From Spirochaetia bacterium (GTDB lineage: Bacteria > Spirochaetota > Spirochaetia > SZUA-6 > Bin103): DNA of 64,000 nucleotides. The stretch is taken from NCBI GenBank assembly GCA_965203905.1, contig CBDBDQ010000005.1, positions 4,640,001 through 4,704,000 of the forward strand, written 5' to 3'. The translations under genes were made by a program, and so were the position numbers. A model generated the notes under the pieces. That model did not search any database, was not told where the DNA came from, and saw only the letters and a program-made list of their open reading frames with translations. Of this stretch, positions 20,025 through 29,179 are shown one piece after another; positions within the stretch are counted from its first letter, which is position 1; every line of letters starts with the position of its first letter.

Positions 20025-21654
20025 CGATCGACACCGTTTTCTGGTAGCTGTTGCCGAAGATGCGCCAATAGCCGTTGGTCTCGCCGCCCACCACGACCAC
20101 GTGAATGTGGTCGCGCGGGAAGATGGGAATCAGTTCGTCGTCCGCCGCCGCCAGCCAGGTGGCGTAGGGCTCCTCTCCCAGCAGGGCGCGGGGATACACG
20201 TAGTTCTGCACGAGCTGGTAGTCCCAGTACACCTGCGCCTCCATGCGCGCGTTCTCGTAGATCCAGTCGATCAGCTTCTCCTTGGTGTCGAAGCCGCCAC
20301 GGTCCACGAACAGCCGTGCCGCGATCGGGTCCAGCACCAGGGTGGGCGGGCTGTGCGGATTCATGCCGCGCAGCAGGTTGCGTACGTGTTGCTGCCAGTG
20401 CTTCTGGCGCAATCCGAGATGAAACGAGGTGGAGCGGTTGCCGGCGAACAGGCTCACCGCGCTCGCATCGGGGGCGAAGCCGTGCTGGACGTGAAACGGT
20501 TGCCACGGGCTTGCCTCCTCGTTCTCGGCGAAGGTCAGGCTGCCGTAGGCGTAGCCGTTGCCCTGCGAGCCGAGGTAGGTCACCTGGGGCTCGGATCCGC
20601 CCTGCAGGTTCTGCGACAGCAGGCCGTACGCGCGGCCGATAGCGGCGTTGGCATGGTTGTACGGACCCAGGGCCCCGAGGCCACTGTTCATGCCGATCTG
20701 GTCCCGGATCGGGCCGTTCACCACCGCCATCCCGGCGGCCGAGCTGGTGGTGCTGTGGCGCGCCGAGATTCCGCTCGCCGCCAGTGCCAGGATCACCGGA
20801 AAGAACGCCGGCTCCGCACCCGCCATCACGGCGTTCACCGCCACCTTCTCCACGGTGTACTCCCACGCCTCGCGGGTCCCGGTGGGGCGCATGCGGCCGA
20901 CCACCCGGTCCGCTGGCTGGCTGGTGCCGGCCAGCATCGCGGCCACCCGCTCCTCGGTGGGCAGGACGATGGGGAGCTGGTCGGTCCAGCCCTGCTCGCG
21001 AAACTGGCGCTGCAGGCTCTCTTCGCTGGCCGGCTCGACGAAGCGCGGCGTGCTGCGGTCGAACCTGACCTGGGCCGCCTCCTCGGCGGACACCTGCCGG
21101 GTGATCCCCTCGATCACCTCGTTCATGAACGGCCGCCCGGTGATCGCATCCGCGCCGTCCACGTAGGCGCGCAACTCGGCCGGCGACTTGCCCATCACCG
21201 GCTGGCGCACGAAGGCGAAACGCTGCCGCGGCATGCCCTGCTGCTGGCAGGAGGCGCGCACCAGGTGCTCGAACACGTGGGTCTGCAGGGAGGAGGTGGG
21301 AACGCCGTACTCGGTCTCGAGGATGAAGCATTGGCCGGCGACCGCCGGCGCGCAGGTGCTTCAATGCCCCACGCCGACGATCGCGGCGTCCCCCTTGGCG
21401 CGGATCTCGTCGTACAGGTCCGGGTCGCGATCGGTGTACACGCCCGCCTTGCTGCGCAGCTCGGTGTGCACCGCCGGCATGTGCTCGGCGAACCAGTCGC
21501 GCATCTGCTCCATCAGGATGTCGGCGTCGTCGAAGCGGCAGTCCACCAGGTAGACCGTTTTTCCGTCCAGCGTCGCCGGCCGCGGAGCCATGCCCACCGA
21601 CTCGATCCGGGGAGGGTAACCCATCGGGTGGTAAGCTTTTACGTGTCCTGGCAT
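20011..21654 (-). CDS. UGSC-type selenoprotein (U98, motif GH-U-STC) fused to a ~420-aa GWTDxLP domain
   Basis: ORFs 21361-21666 and 20011-21276 are in frame across TGA 21361-21363; UxxC motif; SECIS-like hairpin; GGGAGG RBS. Confidence 0.85.
21334..21349 (-). promoter_or_regulatory. Bacterial SECIS-like hairpin
   Basis: GCCGGC-GGUC-GCCGGC after an 11-nt spacer 3' of UGA. Confidence 0.7.
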
Positions 21655-21707
21655 AGGCCCTCCCAAGGATCGTTCTCGGCGCCGCGGCGATGGCCGCCAC
21701 CCGCTCT

Positions 21708-21735
21708 ATGTTAGCGAAGTGTGAGCGTCCGTCAA
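21708..21735 (-). promoter_or_regulatory. Candidate sigma70 promoter for selenoprotein gene
   Basis: TTGACG-16 nt-TAACAT on minus strand. Confidence 0.45.
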
Positions 21736-21836
21736 GCAGGCGTCGGATGCATCCGGACAGGACCGGCGGGCAGCGTCCTCCGGGCGCACCCCTTGCGCCC
21801 TTGACGTCCGCTCGGGAGGCTGCGACCTTGTGTGGG

Positions 21837-23093
21837 ATGTCGCAACGTACCGCTCCCCGACCTGCTGCTCCGTCCCGATCCGCTCCCGCCTCCCTCCCTG
21901 CGCCGTGGCTGGCGCTGGCGCTGGTCGCCGCCGGGCTGGCGCTGGCGGTGCTGCTGACGCACAACTACCACCGGCATCTGCTGGCCGGCCAGGTCAGCGG
22001 CTGTTCGATCTCGGAGTACGTGGATTGCGACCGGGTAAGCGAGTCGCCGTTCGCGGCCGTGGCCGGGGTGCCGATTTCGGCGCTGGCGATCGCGGCATAC
22101 GGCGCTCTCGGGATATTGCTGGCGTTGCCGCTGCTAGCCCCGTTTCGGCGCCTCGCCAGTGTCAACCTGGATATCGCCTTGGTCCTGGGAGCGGCGGCTA
22201 CGCTGGTGGCACTCGCCCTGGCGGCGGTGGCGGCGCTGGTGATCCGTGCGCTGTGCATCTACTGTGCGTTGCTGCAGGTGGTCACCATTGCCCTGTTCCT
22301 GGTGCTGCTCTGGTGGCGGCGACAGCAGCGGGCGCACAGCGGCGGCCGGCAGCTGCGCGGTGTGGGGCAGGGCGTCGGTTCCGCGGTTCTGGCTCTGGCG
22401 GCCGGCGCCGTGGTGGCCGGAGTCGCACATCTCGGCTTCGAGTCCAGTGCCCTGGCCGTCGCCGACCGCGCGGTCAGCGCCGCGGCCCTGGCCCAGGTGT
22501 CGCCCTACCTGAGCCGCAACGCCTTCAGCTTCGACATCACCGATTCCCCCGGCGTGGGACCGGCGGACGCTCCGGTGCAGCTCGTGGTGTTCGGCGACTA
22601 CAACTGCTCCCACTGCCGCCACTTCGATCCCGAGGCACTGCAGTTGGCGGACGACTTTCCCGGCGACGTGCGCGTGGTGTTCAAGTTCTTCCCGCTGGAC
22701 GCTACCTGCAACCGCTACATGGGGCCGCAGCAGCGCAGCAGCTCCTGCCTCGCCGCCGCCGCGGCGTACGCCGCGTACCAGCACGACCAGTTCCTGGACT
22801 ATCATCTGCTACTGTTCGAGCACTTCCAGAACCACGCGCCGCAACGCCTGTTGGCCAACGCTGAAGAAGCCGGTATCGAGGACCAGGAGGGGTTTCTCGC
22901 CGCCATCCAGAGCGAGGAGACGCTACGCGTCATCCAGCGCGACATCGACGAGGGTGCCCGCGGCGGGGTGCAGGGCACTCCCACGGTATTCGTCAACGGG
23001 CGCCGGCTGGAGACCGGGCGCCTGCCCGCGGGAGCCACCCGCTACGAGGTGCTGGTGCACGAGATTCGAGCCCTGCTGCGCGCCGCGCTTTAG
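21837..23093 (+). CDS. VKOR-DsbA (thioredoxin) fusion
   Basis: Loop cysteines CSISEYVDCDRVSES, TM CIYC, DsbA CSHC and cis-Pro GTPT. Confidence 0.9.
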   Translation: MSQRTAPRPAAPSRSAPASLPAPWLALALVAAGLALAVLLTHNYHRHLLAGQVSGCSISEYVDCDRVSESPFAAVAGVPISALAIAAYGALGILLALPLLAPFRRLASVNLDIALVLGAAATLVALALAAVAALVIRALCIYCALLQVVTIALFLVLLWWRRQQRAHSGGRQLRGVGQGVGSAVLALAAGAVVAGVAHLGFESSALAVADRAVSAAALAQVSPYLSRNAFSFDITDSPGVGPADAPVQLVVFGDYNCSHCRHFDPEALQLADDFPGDVRVVFKFFPLDATCNRYMGPQQRSSSCLAAAAAYAAYQHDQFLDYHLLLFEHFQNHAPQRLLANAEEAGIEDQEGFLAAIQSEETLRVIQRDIDEGARGGVQGTPTVFVNGRRLETGRLPAGATRYEVLVHEIRALLRAAL

Positions 23094-23175
23094 GAGTCTG
23101 CAGGCATGCGCCAGAGGGGCCAGGCGCGACGCCGGCAGGCGGCGGGTTCGCGGCCGTAGGCGGTACCGCGCACCG

Positions 23176-23391
23176 GTGCTCGCGATCGACGTCCAGCGCC
23201 TCACCAAGACCTATGTAGTTCCGGAGCGCGAGGCGGGCCTGGCGGCGGCGTTGCGCCCGCAGGTGACGGCACGGCTGCTCGGTGACCTGCCGATCGCCGA
23301 CCTCACGGTGGAGGATCCCCCGATCGAGGACGTGATCGAACAGGTGTTCGCCGGCGCCCTGGACACCGCGCGGCGGACCGCTCCCGATTGA
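23176..23391 (+). pseudogene. ABC ATP-binding protein remnant (ATPase core deleted)
   Basis: N-terminus IDVQRLTKTYVVPEREAGL fused to C-terminus DLTVEDPPIEDVIEQVF; no Walker A/B. Confidence 0.8.
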
Positions 23392-23397
23392 ACAACC

Positions 23398-24189
23398 ATG
23401 CTGCGCATCTACTGGGTGTACCTGAAGACCGCGCTGGCGATGCAGTTTCAGTACCGCGCGGCGATGGCGATCTGGATGATCAACCGCATCGTCGAGCCCA
23501 CCGTGTTCCTGGTGGTGTGGGTCACCATCGCCAACGCCCGCGGCACCGTGGGCAGCTATGGAGCGGCAGACTTCGCCGCCTACTTCATCATCCTGATGGT
23601 GGTCAATCAGCTCACCTTCACCTGGATCATCTTCGAGTTCGAATGGCGCATTCGCAGCGGTGAGTTCTCGTCGATACTGCTCAGGCCGATCCACCCCATC
23701 CACAGCGACATCGCCGACAATCTGGGCTACAAGCTCCTGACCCTGGTGATCCTCCTGCCGGTGGCGGTGCTGCTGACCGTGCTGTTCCAACCGGCCTTCG
23801 AGCCGCGCCTGGTCTCGCTGGGACTCGCCGCGGTGTCGTTGGTAATTGCCTATTTCCTGCGCATGTTCGTCGACTGGGGGTTCGCGCTGAGCGGTTTCTG
23901 GACCACGCGCACCTCGGCGCTCAACCAGATCTACTTCCTGGTGATGCTGTTCTGCTCCGGACGGCTGGCGCCGCTGGAGCTGCTGCCGCATTGGCTGGAG
24001 CGCGTGTCCTGGTACCTGCCGTTCCGCTGGACCGGGTTCTTCACCGTGGAGTTGGCGTTGAATCGCCTGAGCCCTGCCGAGATCGCGGCCGGCTTCCGCA
24101 TGCAGGCGCTGTGGCTGGTGCTCGGCCTGCTGCTGATGCAGACGGTGTGGCGGCTGGGGGTGCGCAAGTACACGGCGGTGGGCTCGTAG
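23398..24189 (+). CDS. ABC-2 family permease (DUF990-like)
   Basis: QYRAA, IRSGEFSSILLRPIHP, SGRLAPLELLP; 6 TM. Confidence 0.88.
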   Translation: MLRIYWVYLKTALAMQFQYRAAMAIWMINRIVEPTVFLVVWVTIANARGTVGSYGAADFAAYFIILMVVNQLTFTWIIFEFEWRIRSGEFSSILLRPIHPIHSDIADNLGYKLLTLVILLPVAVLLTVLFQPAFEPRLVSLGLAAVSLVIAYFLRMFVDWGFALSGFWTTRTSALNQIYFLVMLFCSGRLAPLELLPHWLERVSWYLPFRWTGFFTVELALNRLSPAEIAAGFRMQALWLVLGLLLMQTVWRLGVRKYTAVGS

Positions 24190-24975
24190 ATGCATCCGCT
24201 GCGGGTGACGTGGACGTTCTTGAAGATCGGGCTGCTGAACGAGTTCGCCTACCGCGCGAACCTCTATCTGCAACTGTTTCAGTCCGGGGTGGCGGTCGTG
24301 GGCGCGGTCGGCGGCCTGGTGGTGGTGTTCAACCACACCGATACCCTGGGCGGGTGGGGCCCCGACGAGGTGCTGGCGGTGCTCGGCGTGTACCTGCTGA
24401 TGGGGGCGGCCATGGGCGGCATCATCGAGCCGAGCATGCAGAAGCTGATGGAGGACGTGCGCCAGGGCACGCTCGACTACACCCTGACCAAGCCGGGCGA
24501 GGCACAGTTTCTGATCAGCGTCTCGGAGATTCGAGTCTGGCGGCTGGTCGACGTGGTGCTCGGACTGGCGGTGCTGGGTGTGGCCATGAGCCGGCGCGGC
24601 GCGACGCTGGGAGTGGGGGACGCGGCCCTGTTTCTGCTGATGCTGCTCGCCGGGGGCGCGATCGTCTACAGCTTCTTCCTGGCCTTGGCAGCGGTGTCGT
24701 TCTGGTTCCTGCGGATCGAGAACATCCTGGTGATCTTCGGAGACGTGTACCAGACGGCGCGCTGGCCGATCGGCATCTACCCGCAGTGGCTGCGTTTCAT
24801 CCTTACCTTCGTGGTGCCGGTGGCGATCGCCGTGACCGTGCCGGCGGAGGCGGTGGTGGGACGCCTCACCGGGACCCGCGTCGCGCTTGCGCTCGGCGTG
24901 GCGCTGTTCGCACTGGCGGCCTCGCGGCTGGTCTGGAGCCGCGGCCTGAAGCGCTACTCCGGCGCCTCCGCCTGA
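24190..24975 (+). CDS. ABC-2 family permease (DUF990-like)
   Basis: AYRAN, VRQGTLDYTLTKP, ARWPIGIYP, ends RYSGASA. Confidence 0.88.
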   Translation: MHPLRVTWTFLKIGLLNEFAYRANLYLQLFQSGVAVVGAVGGLVVVFNHTDTLGGWGPDEVLAVLGVYLLMGAAMGGIIEPSMQKLMEDVRQGTLDYTLTKPGEAQFLISVSEIRVWRLVDVVLGLAVLGVAMSRRGATLGVGDAALFLLMLLAGGAIVYSFFLALAAVSFWFLRIENILVIFGDVYQTARWPIGIYPQWLRFILTFVVPVAIAVTVPAEAVVGRLTGTRVALALGVALFALAASRLVWSRGLKRYSGASA

Positions 24976-25037
24976 ACCGATTGAACCGATCGCAAGCGGT
25001 TGCGGCGTCGCTTCTCTCACGCCACAATGCGGGTCCC

Positions 25038-26096
25038 ATGATTGACTTGCGCAGCGACACGGTGACTCATCCCAGCGAGCAGATGCGCCGTGCCATGTAC
25101 GACGCCGAGCTCGGCGACGACGTCTACGGCGATGACCCCACGGTCAACCGCCTGCAGGAACAGTCGGCGGTGCTGCTGGGCAAGGAGGCGGGACTGTTCG
25201 TCGCCTCCGGTACCCAGGGCAACCTGGTGTCGGTGCTGTCGCACGCGGCGCGCGGCGACGAAGTGCTGGTCGGCGACCAGTGCCACGTGTTCAACAACGA
25301 GGCAGGCGGGGCGTCCGTGCTGGGTGGCCTGGTGTTGTACCCCATCGCCACCAACGCGTACGGGGAGTTGGCGCCGGAGCTGATCGCCGCGGCGGTCAAG
25401 CCGCACGACTACCACCGCCCCCGCACCCGCCTGCTGTGCATCGAGAACACCCACAACGCCAGCTCCGGGCGGGCGTTGGACCGCGCCCAGACCGCGACCA
25501 TGGTGGATGCCGCGCGCGCGGCCGGCCTCGCCGTGCACCTGGACGGTGCGCGCCTGTTCAACGCGGCGGTAGCGCTGGGAGTGCCGGCGGCGGAGCTGGC
25601 GGCAGACGTGGATTCGGTCACGTTCTGTCTCTCCAAGGGGCTCGCCTGCCCCGTGGGCAGCGTGGTCTGCGGCAGCCGCGAGTTCATCGCAGAGGCTACC
25701 CGCTGGCGCAAGATGCTGGGCGCCGGCATGCGCCAGGTAGGAGTGCTGGCGGCGGCGGGACTGGTAGCCATGGAGACGATGATCGAGCGGCTGGCCGAAG
25801 ACCACGCCAACGCCGCGGCACTGGCGCGCGGCCTGGCCCGGTTCGAGGCCGTCGAGCTGGATCCCGACCTGATCCAGACCAACATCGTGCGCTTCGGGGT
25901 CCCCTCGGGGAGAGGGGTCGAGATCGCCGCGGAGCTGCACCGCGCCGGCGTGCTGATCAACTCCGGGGCGTCGGAGCTGCGCATGGTCACCCACTACGGG
26001 ATCACGGCTGCGGACATCACCGCCACCATCGAGGCGATGCGCGCCGCGCTCGCCGCCGTGGGCCTGGAGCCGGTCGCGGTGCCGGCGGCCGGCTGA
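25038..26096 (+). CDS. ltaE: Low-specificity L-threonine aldolase
   Basis: IDLRSDTVT, GDDVYGDDPT, ENTHN, HLDGARLFNA, CLSKGL PLP lysine. Confidence 0.93.
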   Translation: MIDLRSDTVTHPSEQMRRAMYDAELGDDVYGDDPTVNRLQEQSAVLLGKEAGLFVASGTQGNLVSVLSHAARGDEVLVGDQCHVFNNEAGGASVLGGLVLYPIATNAYGELAPELIAAAVKPHDYHRPRTRLLCIENTHNASSGRALDRAQTATMVDAARAAGLAVHLDGARLFNAAVALGVPAAELAADVDSVTFCLSKGLACPVGSVVCGSREFIAEATRWRKMLGAGMRQVGVLAAAGLVAMETMIERLAEDHANAAALARGLARFEAVELDPDLIQTNIVRFGVPSGRGVEIAAELHRAGVLINSGASELRMVTHYGITAADITATIEAMRAALAAVGLEPVAVPAAG

Positions 26097-26121
26097 GGCT
26101 ACCGGCCGAGCGCCGGGGCGA

Positions 26122-27657
26122 TCAGCCGGCCTCCCACGGCCGGTAGTTGACTCCGAGCAGGTCCAGCAATTGCCGGTGCGCGCGCAGGCGTTCCTCGAAG
26201 CCAGCGGCCGAGCGCCTCACGGCCGGAGTCCAGCCCACTTCGGCCAGTGCCAGGGCGCGCGGGAAGGCCATGTACTCCACCTGCTCTTCGCTCGGGATGT
26301 ACTCGGTCCAGACGTTTCCCTGCACGCCCAGCACGTGGGCCGCGCGGGCGGCATCGATGGCGGGAGGGACAGGCTCGAAGTCGTAGACCTGCCGCAGCGG
26401 CAGGTAGCCACCGATCGCCGGCGGTTCGGCCGCGGTGTCGCGTGACTGGTAGTAGTCGAAGTAACAGTGGGTATTGGGGGACATCACCACGTCGTGGCCG
26501 CTGCTGGCGGCGGCGACCCCGCCGTCGATCCCGCGCCAGCTCATCACCGTAGCGCCCGGTGCCAAGCCGCCTTCCAGTATCTCGTCCCAACCGACCAGAC
26601 GCCGGCCGCGGGCGGCGAGCCACCGTTCGATGCGCCGGATGAACCAGCTCTGCAGCTCGTCCTCGTCGCGCAGCCCCTCGGCGGCGCGGCGCTCCTGGCA
26701 GTGCGGGCACGCGCGCCAGCTTCGCTTGGGGCATTCATCTCCGCCGACGTGGATGAAGCGGCTCGGAAACAGCTCCAGCACCTCGCTCAGCACCTCCTCC
26801 AGGAAGGCGAACGTGGACTCCCGCCCGGCACACAGCACCTCGCTCCTGATCCCCCAACTGGTGCCCACCTCGTAACCGGAGCCGCGGCAGCCGAGCTCCG
26901 GGTAGCTGGCCAGCGCCGCCAGCGCGTGACCGGGCATTTCGATCTCGGGCACCACCGTGATGCCGCGCGCCGCCGCATAGGCTACCACCCGCCGCACCTC
27001 GTCCTGGGTGTAGTGGCCGGCATAGGGCGTGCCGTCCGACTGGTGGCGGTCGTGGGGCAGGGGCGTGGCACTGCGCCGGGAGCCGACCTCGGTCAACCGC
27101 GGCCGGGATCGTATCTCGATCCGCCAGCCCTGGTCGTCGGTCAGGTGCCAATGGAAGGTGTTGAGCTTGTACAGCGCCATCAGGTCGAGCAGGCGCTCGA
27201 TGAAGGTCACCGGAAAGAAGTGTCGCGCCACGTCGAGGTGCAGGCCGCGCCAGGCGAAACGGGGCCGGTCGCGAATGGTCACTGCCGGCAGGCTGGCCGC
27301 CGGCCCGGTGTCGAGGGCGAGCAACTGGCACACCGTCTGCACCCCCCACAGCACGCCGTGCCGGCCGCCCCCGGTGACCGTGGCGCGCTTCGACGTGACC
27401 GTCAGCTCGTAACCCTCGCTGCCGAGATCGGAGCGCGTGCCGTCCACCGCCAGCGCTATCGTATCGGGCCCCGGCGTACCCCGGGTGTCGCCCACCGGAC
27501 GCGGCTCGCCCGCTACCGGCGGCAGCAGCGCCGCAAGCAACTCCGCGGCGGCGTGGCTTTCCGCGTCGGCCAGCACGGCGCTGCGATGGCTGACGCGCAG
27601 GTGCCGGGAGCCCATCGCCAGCTCCGCCGGCCGCGGGATCAGCGCCGGTTCAATCAT
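26122..27657 (-). CDS. Beta-N-acetylhexosaminidase (GH20)
   Basis: DRPRFAWRGLHLDVARH, HLTDDQGWR, HVGGDE, GVQGNVWTE. Confidence 0.95.
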   Translation of the reverse strand: MIEPALIPRPAELAMGSRHLRVSHRSAVLADAESHAAAELLAALLPPVAGEPRPVGDTRGTPGPDTIALAVDGTRSDLGSEGYELTVTSKRATVTGGGRHGVLWGVQTVCQLLALDTGPAASLPAVTIRDRPRFAWRGLHLDVARHFFPVTFIERLLDLMALYKLNTFHWHLTDDQGWRIEIRSRPRLTEVGSRRSATPLPHDRHQSDGTPYAGHYTQDEVRRVVAYAAARGITVVPEIEMPGHALAALASYPELGCRGSGYEVGTSWGIRSEVLCAGRESTFAFLEEVLSEVLELFPSRFIHVGGDECPKRSWRACPHCQERRAAEGLRDEDELQSWFIRRIERWLAARGRRLVGWDEILEGGLAPGATVMSWRGIDGGVAAASSGHDVVMSPNTHCYFDYYQSRDTAAEPPAIGGYLPLRQVYDFEPVPPAIDAARAAHVLGVQGNVWTEYIPSEEQVEYMAFPRALALAEVGWTPAVRRSAAGFEERLRAHRQLLDLLGVNYRPWEAG

Positions 27658-27873
27658 CGCGCTACTCCGCGCAGCGCGCTGCCTGCGTGCCGCGTAGCGC
27701 GACAGCTCCAGGTCTCCGCCTTCCAATCCATCACGTCGCGCATACTACTCTGCACCGGTCGCCGACGTCCTCACCGTTTGGCCCTGGGGCAAGGACGACA
27801 TGACCTGCTGTCGTGCTCGCTGACACACCGGCTGGTCGCCGAACGCGCGCCCGCGGCGTCCGTAAGCGCCCGT

Positions 27874-28269
27874 CAGGGCCATCCCATGCTGAACGATGTC
27901 TGCATCCCGTGGTGTGGGCGAGCTGCGGTGATGCCCCGGCGCGGCGCCTGCCAGATCGCCGCCTTCTGGGTGTGTGGTTCGTTCGCTGTACGACGTGTCC
28001 AGAAAAGAGGGGGTAGCCGCCACCAGCAACGCGCCGGTCTCCGCCGCTGCCTTGCTGGGCTTGTCGGCGCCGCGGTGCAGGATTCTGCAGAAAAGGTGCA
28101 AAAAAGTGCGCTGAGTACTTGACGGGTTTGGCGCTGCTCGTGACGGCCTCCTGCCGCACGTGCCGGCCCCTCCGACCCTTCGAACATCCCCCCGCGCCCT
28201 CCCAGGCCATCAGCACCCCGCCAGCGCCGGCCTGAGCCCTTCCCGATGCCGGTCCGGGACTCTCCGAGA
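27874..28269 (+). repeat. Conserved non-coding leader of HNH element (continues 30869-30902)
   Basis: Aligns with the reverse complement of 58916-59395. Confidence 0.85.
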
Positions 28270-28282
28270 GTAAGTATTCGGT

Positions 28283-29179
28283 CTACAGGTTGGGGGGCGG
28301 ATCAAGAGGAGCGCACAGTCGACGGCGGAAGTCGCGCCTGAGCGGGTAGAGCCAGATGTCTTTGGTGGGCAGCGTGTGCATTCGACGTACGTCGAGTTTG
28401 CCGCGTCCTTGGGTTTGTCCGACGTGGGTCCAGTTGGCGGCGCGGTAGCTGGTACCGGCGAAGCGGTCGGACTGCACGAAGGTCTCCAGCAGCAGCGGTC
28501 GGTACCCATAACGCGCCTGCCAGTCGGCGGGCAGCCGGCGGCTGATGCGCGCCAGCACGGTGGAAGCGAGATTGCACACCTGCACCCAAGGCAGGATCAA
28601 GAAGCGGGCGTTGTTCACCACCAGGTGCAGCCGCGCTTCGCGCTGGGCAACGCTCCAGCCGATGAAGCGGTCGCGAGGAGCCGCCTTCCAGGCGCTGGCG
28701 CCAAAGCCGACCACCGCCAGCACCTGCCGCTGGCAGGTGACCAAGTAGCGCTGCTGCGCACCCGGTAGCGGCGTATAGCCAAGGTAGTGGTAGCGGTCCA
28801 CGTACTCGCGCCATAGGAGCGCTTCGCGCTGATCGGCCAGCGGTCGTACCTGCAGCGCGGGCAGCTCATCGACGCGGGCGCTGATCGGCAGCTCCGGTTC
28901 CGCCTGCGCGGTACGACGGCGGCGCAGCGTGCCGTTGTAGTGACGCCGCCGCGGCGCCGGCAGCCGGATGAGCCCGTCGCGGTGCATGCGCAGCATCGCG
29001 ACGCGACAGCTCATGTCCTTCAGTTGTCCGTTGGCACGCCGCCAGTGCAGCCGTTCGCACACCACCTTCGAGAGGGCGAACCGATGGCGGGTAGGGTCCT
29101 CAGCGATGAGCGCGCGGATCAACTGCAGCTCCTGCTCGCTGAAGGGCCGGCCGCAGTAGCGCACCGCCTCAGGCGGCAC
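28283..29179 (-). CDS. DUF4338 (DruA-like domain) protein
   Basis: YCGRPFS, LSKVVCERLHW, RYHYLGY, VNNARFLILPW, LLETFV, GTSYRAANW..VGQTQGRG; stop lies inside TIR. Confidence 0.85.
   Translation of the reverse strand: MPPEAVRYCGRPFSEQELQLIRALIAEDPTRHRFALSKVVCERLHWRRANGQLKDMSCRVAMLRMHRDGLIRLPAPRRRHYNGTLRRRRTAQAEPELPISARVDELPALQVRPLADQREALLWREYVDRYHYLGYTPLPGAQQRYLVTCQRQVLAVVGFGASAWKAAPRDRFIGWSVAQREARLHLVVNNARFLILPWVQVCNLASTVLARISRRLPADWQARYGYRPLLLETFVQSDRFAGTSYRAANWTHVGQTQGRGKLDVRRMHTLPTKDIWLYPLRRDFRRRLCAPLDPPPNL

Noticed and set aside
27873-28187. Antisense ORF MFEGSEGP... present in both leaders (also 59032-59313)
   Set aside because: Many amino-acid changes and frames diverge after ~41 codons; best explained by DNA-level homology.
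28283-29179. Druantia defence system
   Set aside because: Only a DUF4338 gene inside an IS; no DruE helicase or other dru genes in the window.
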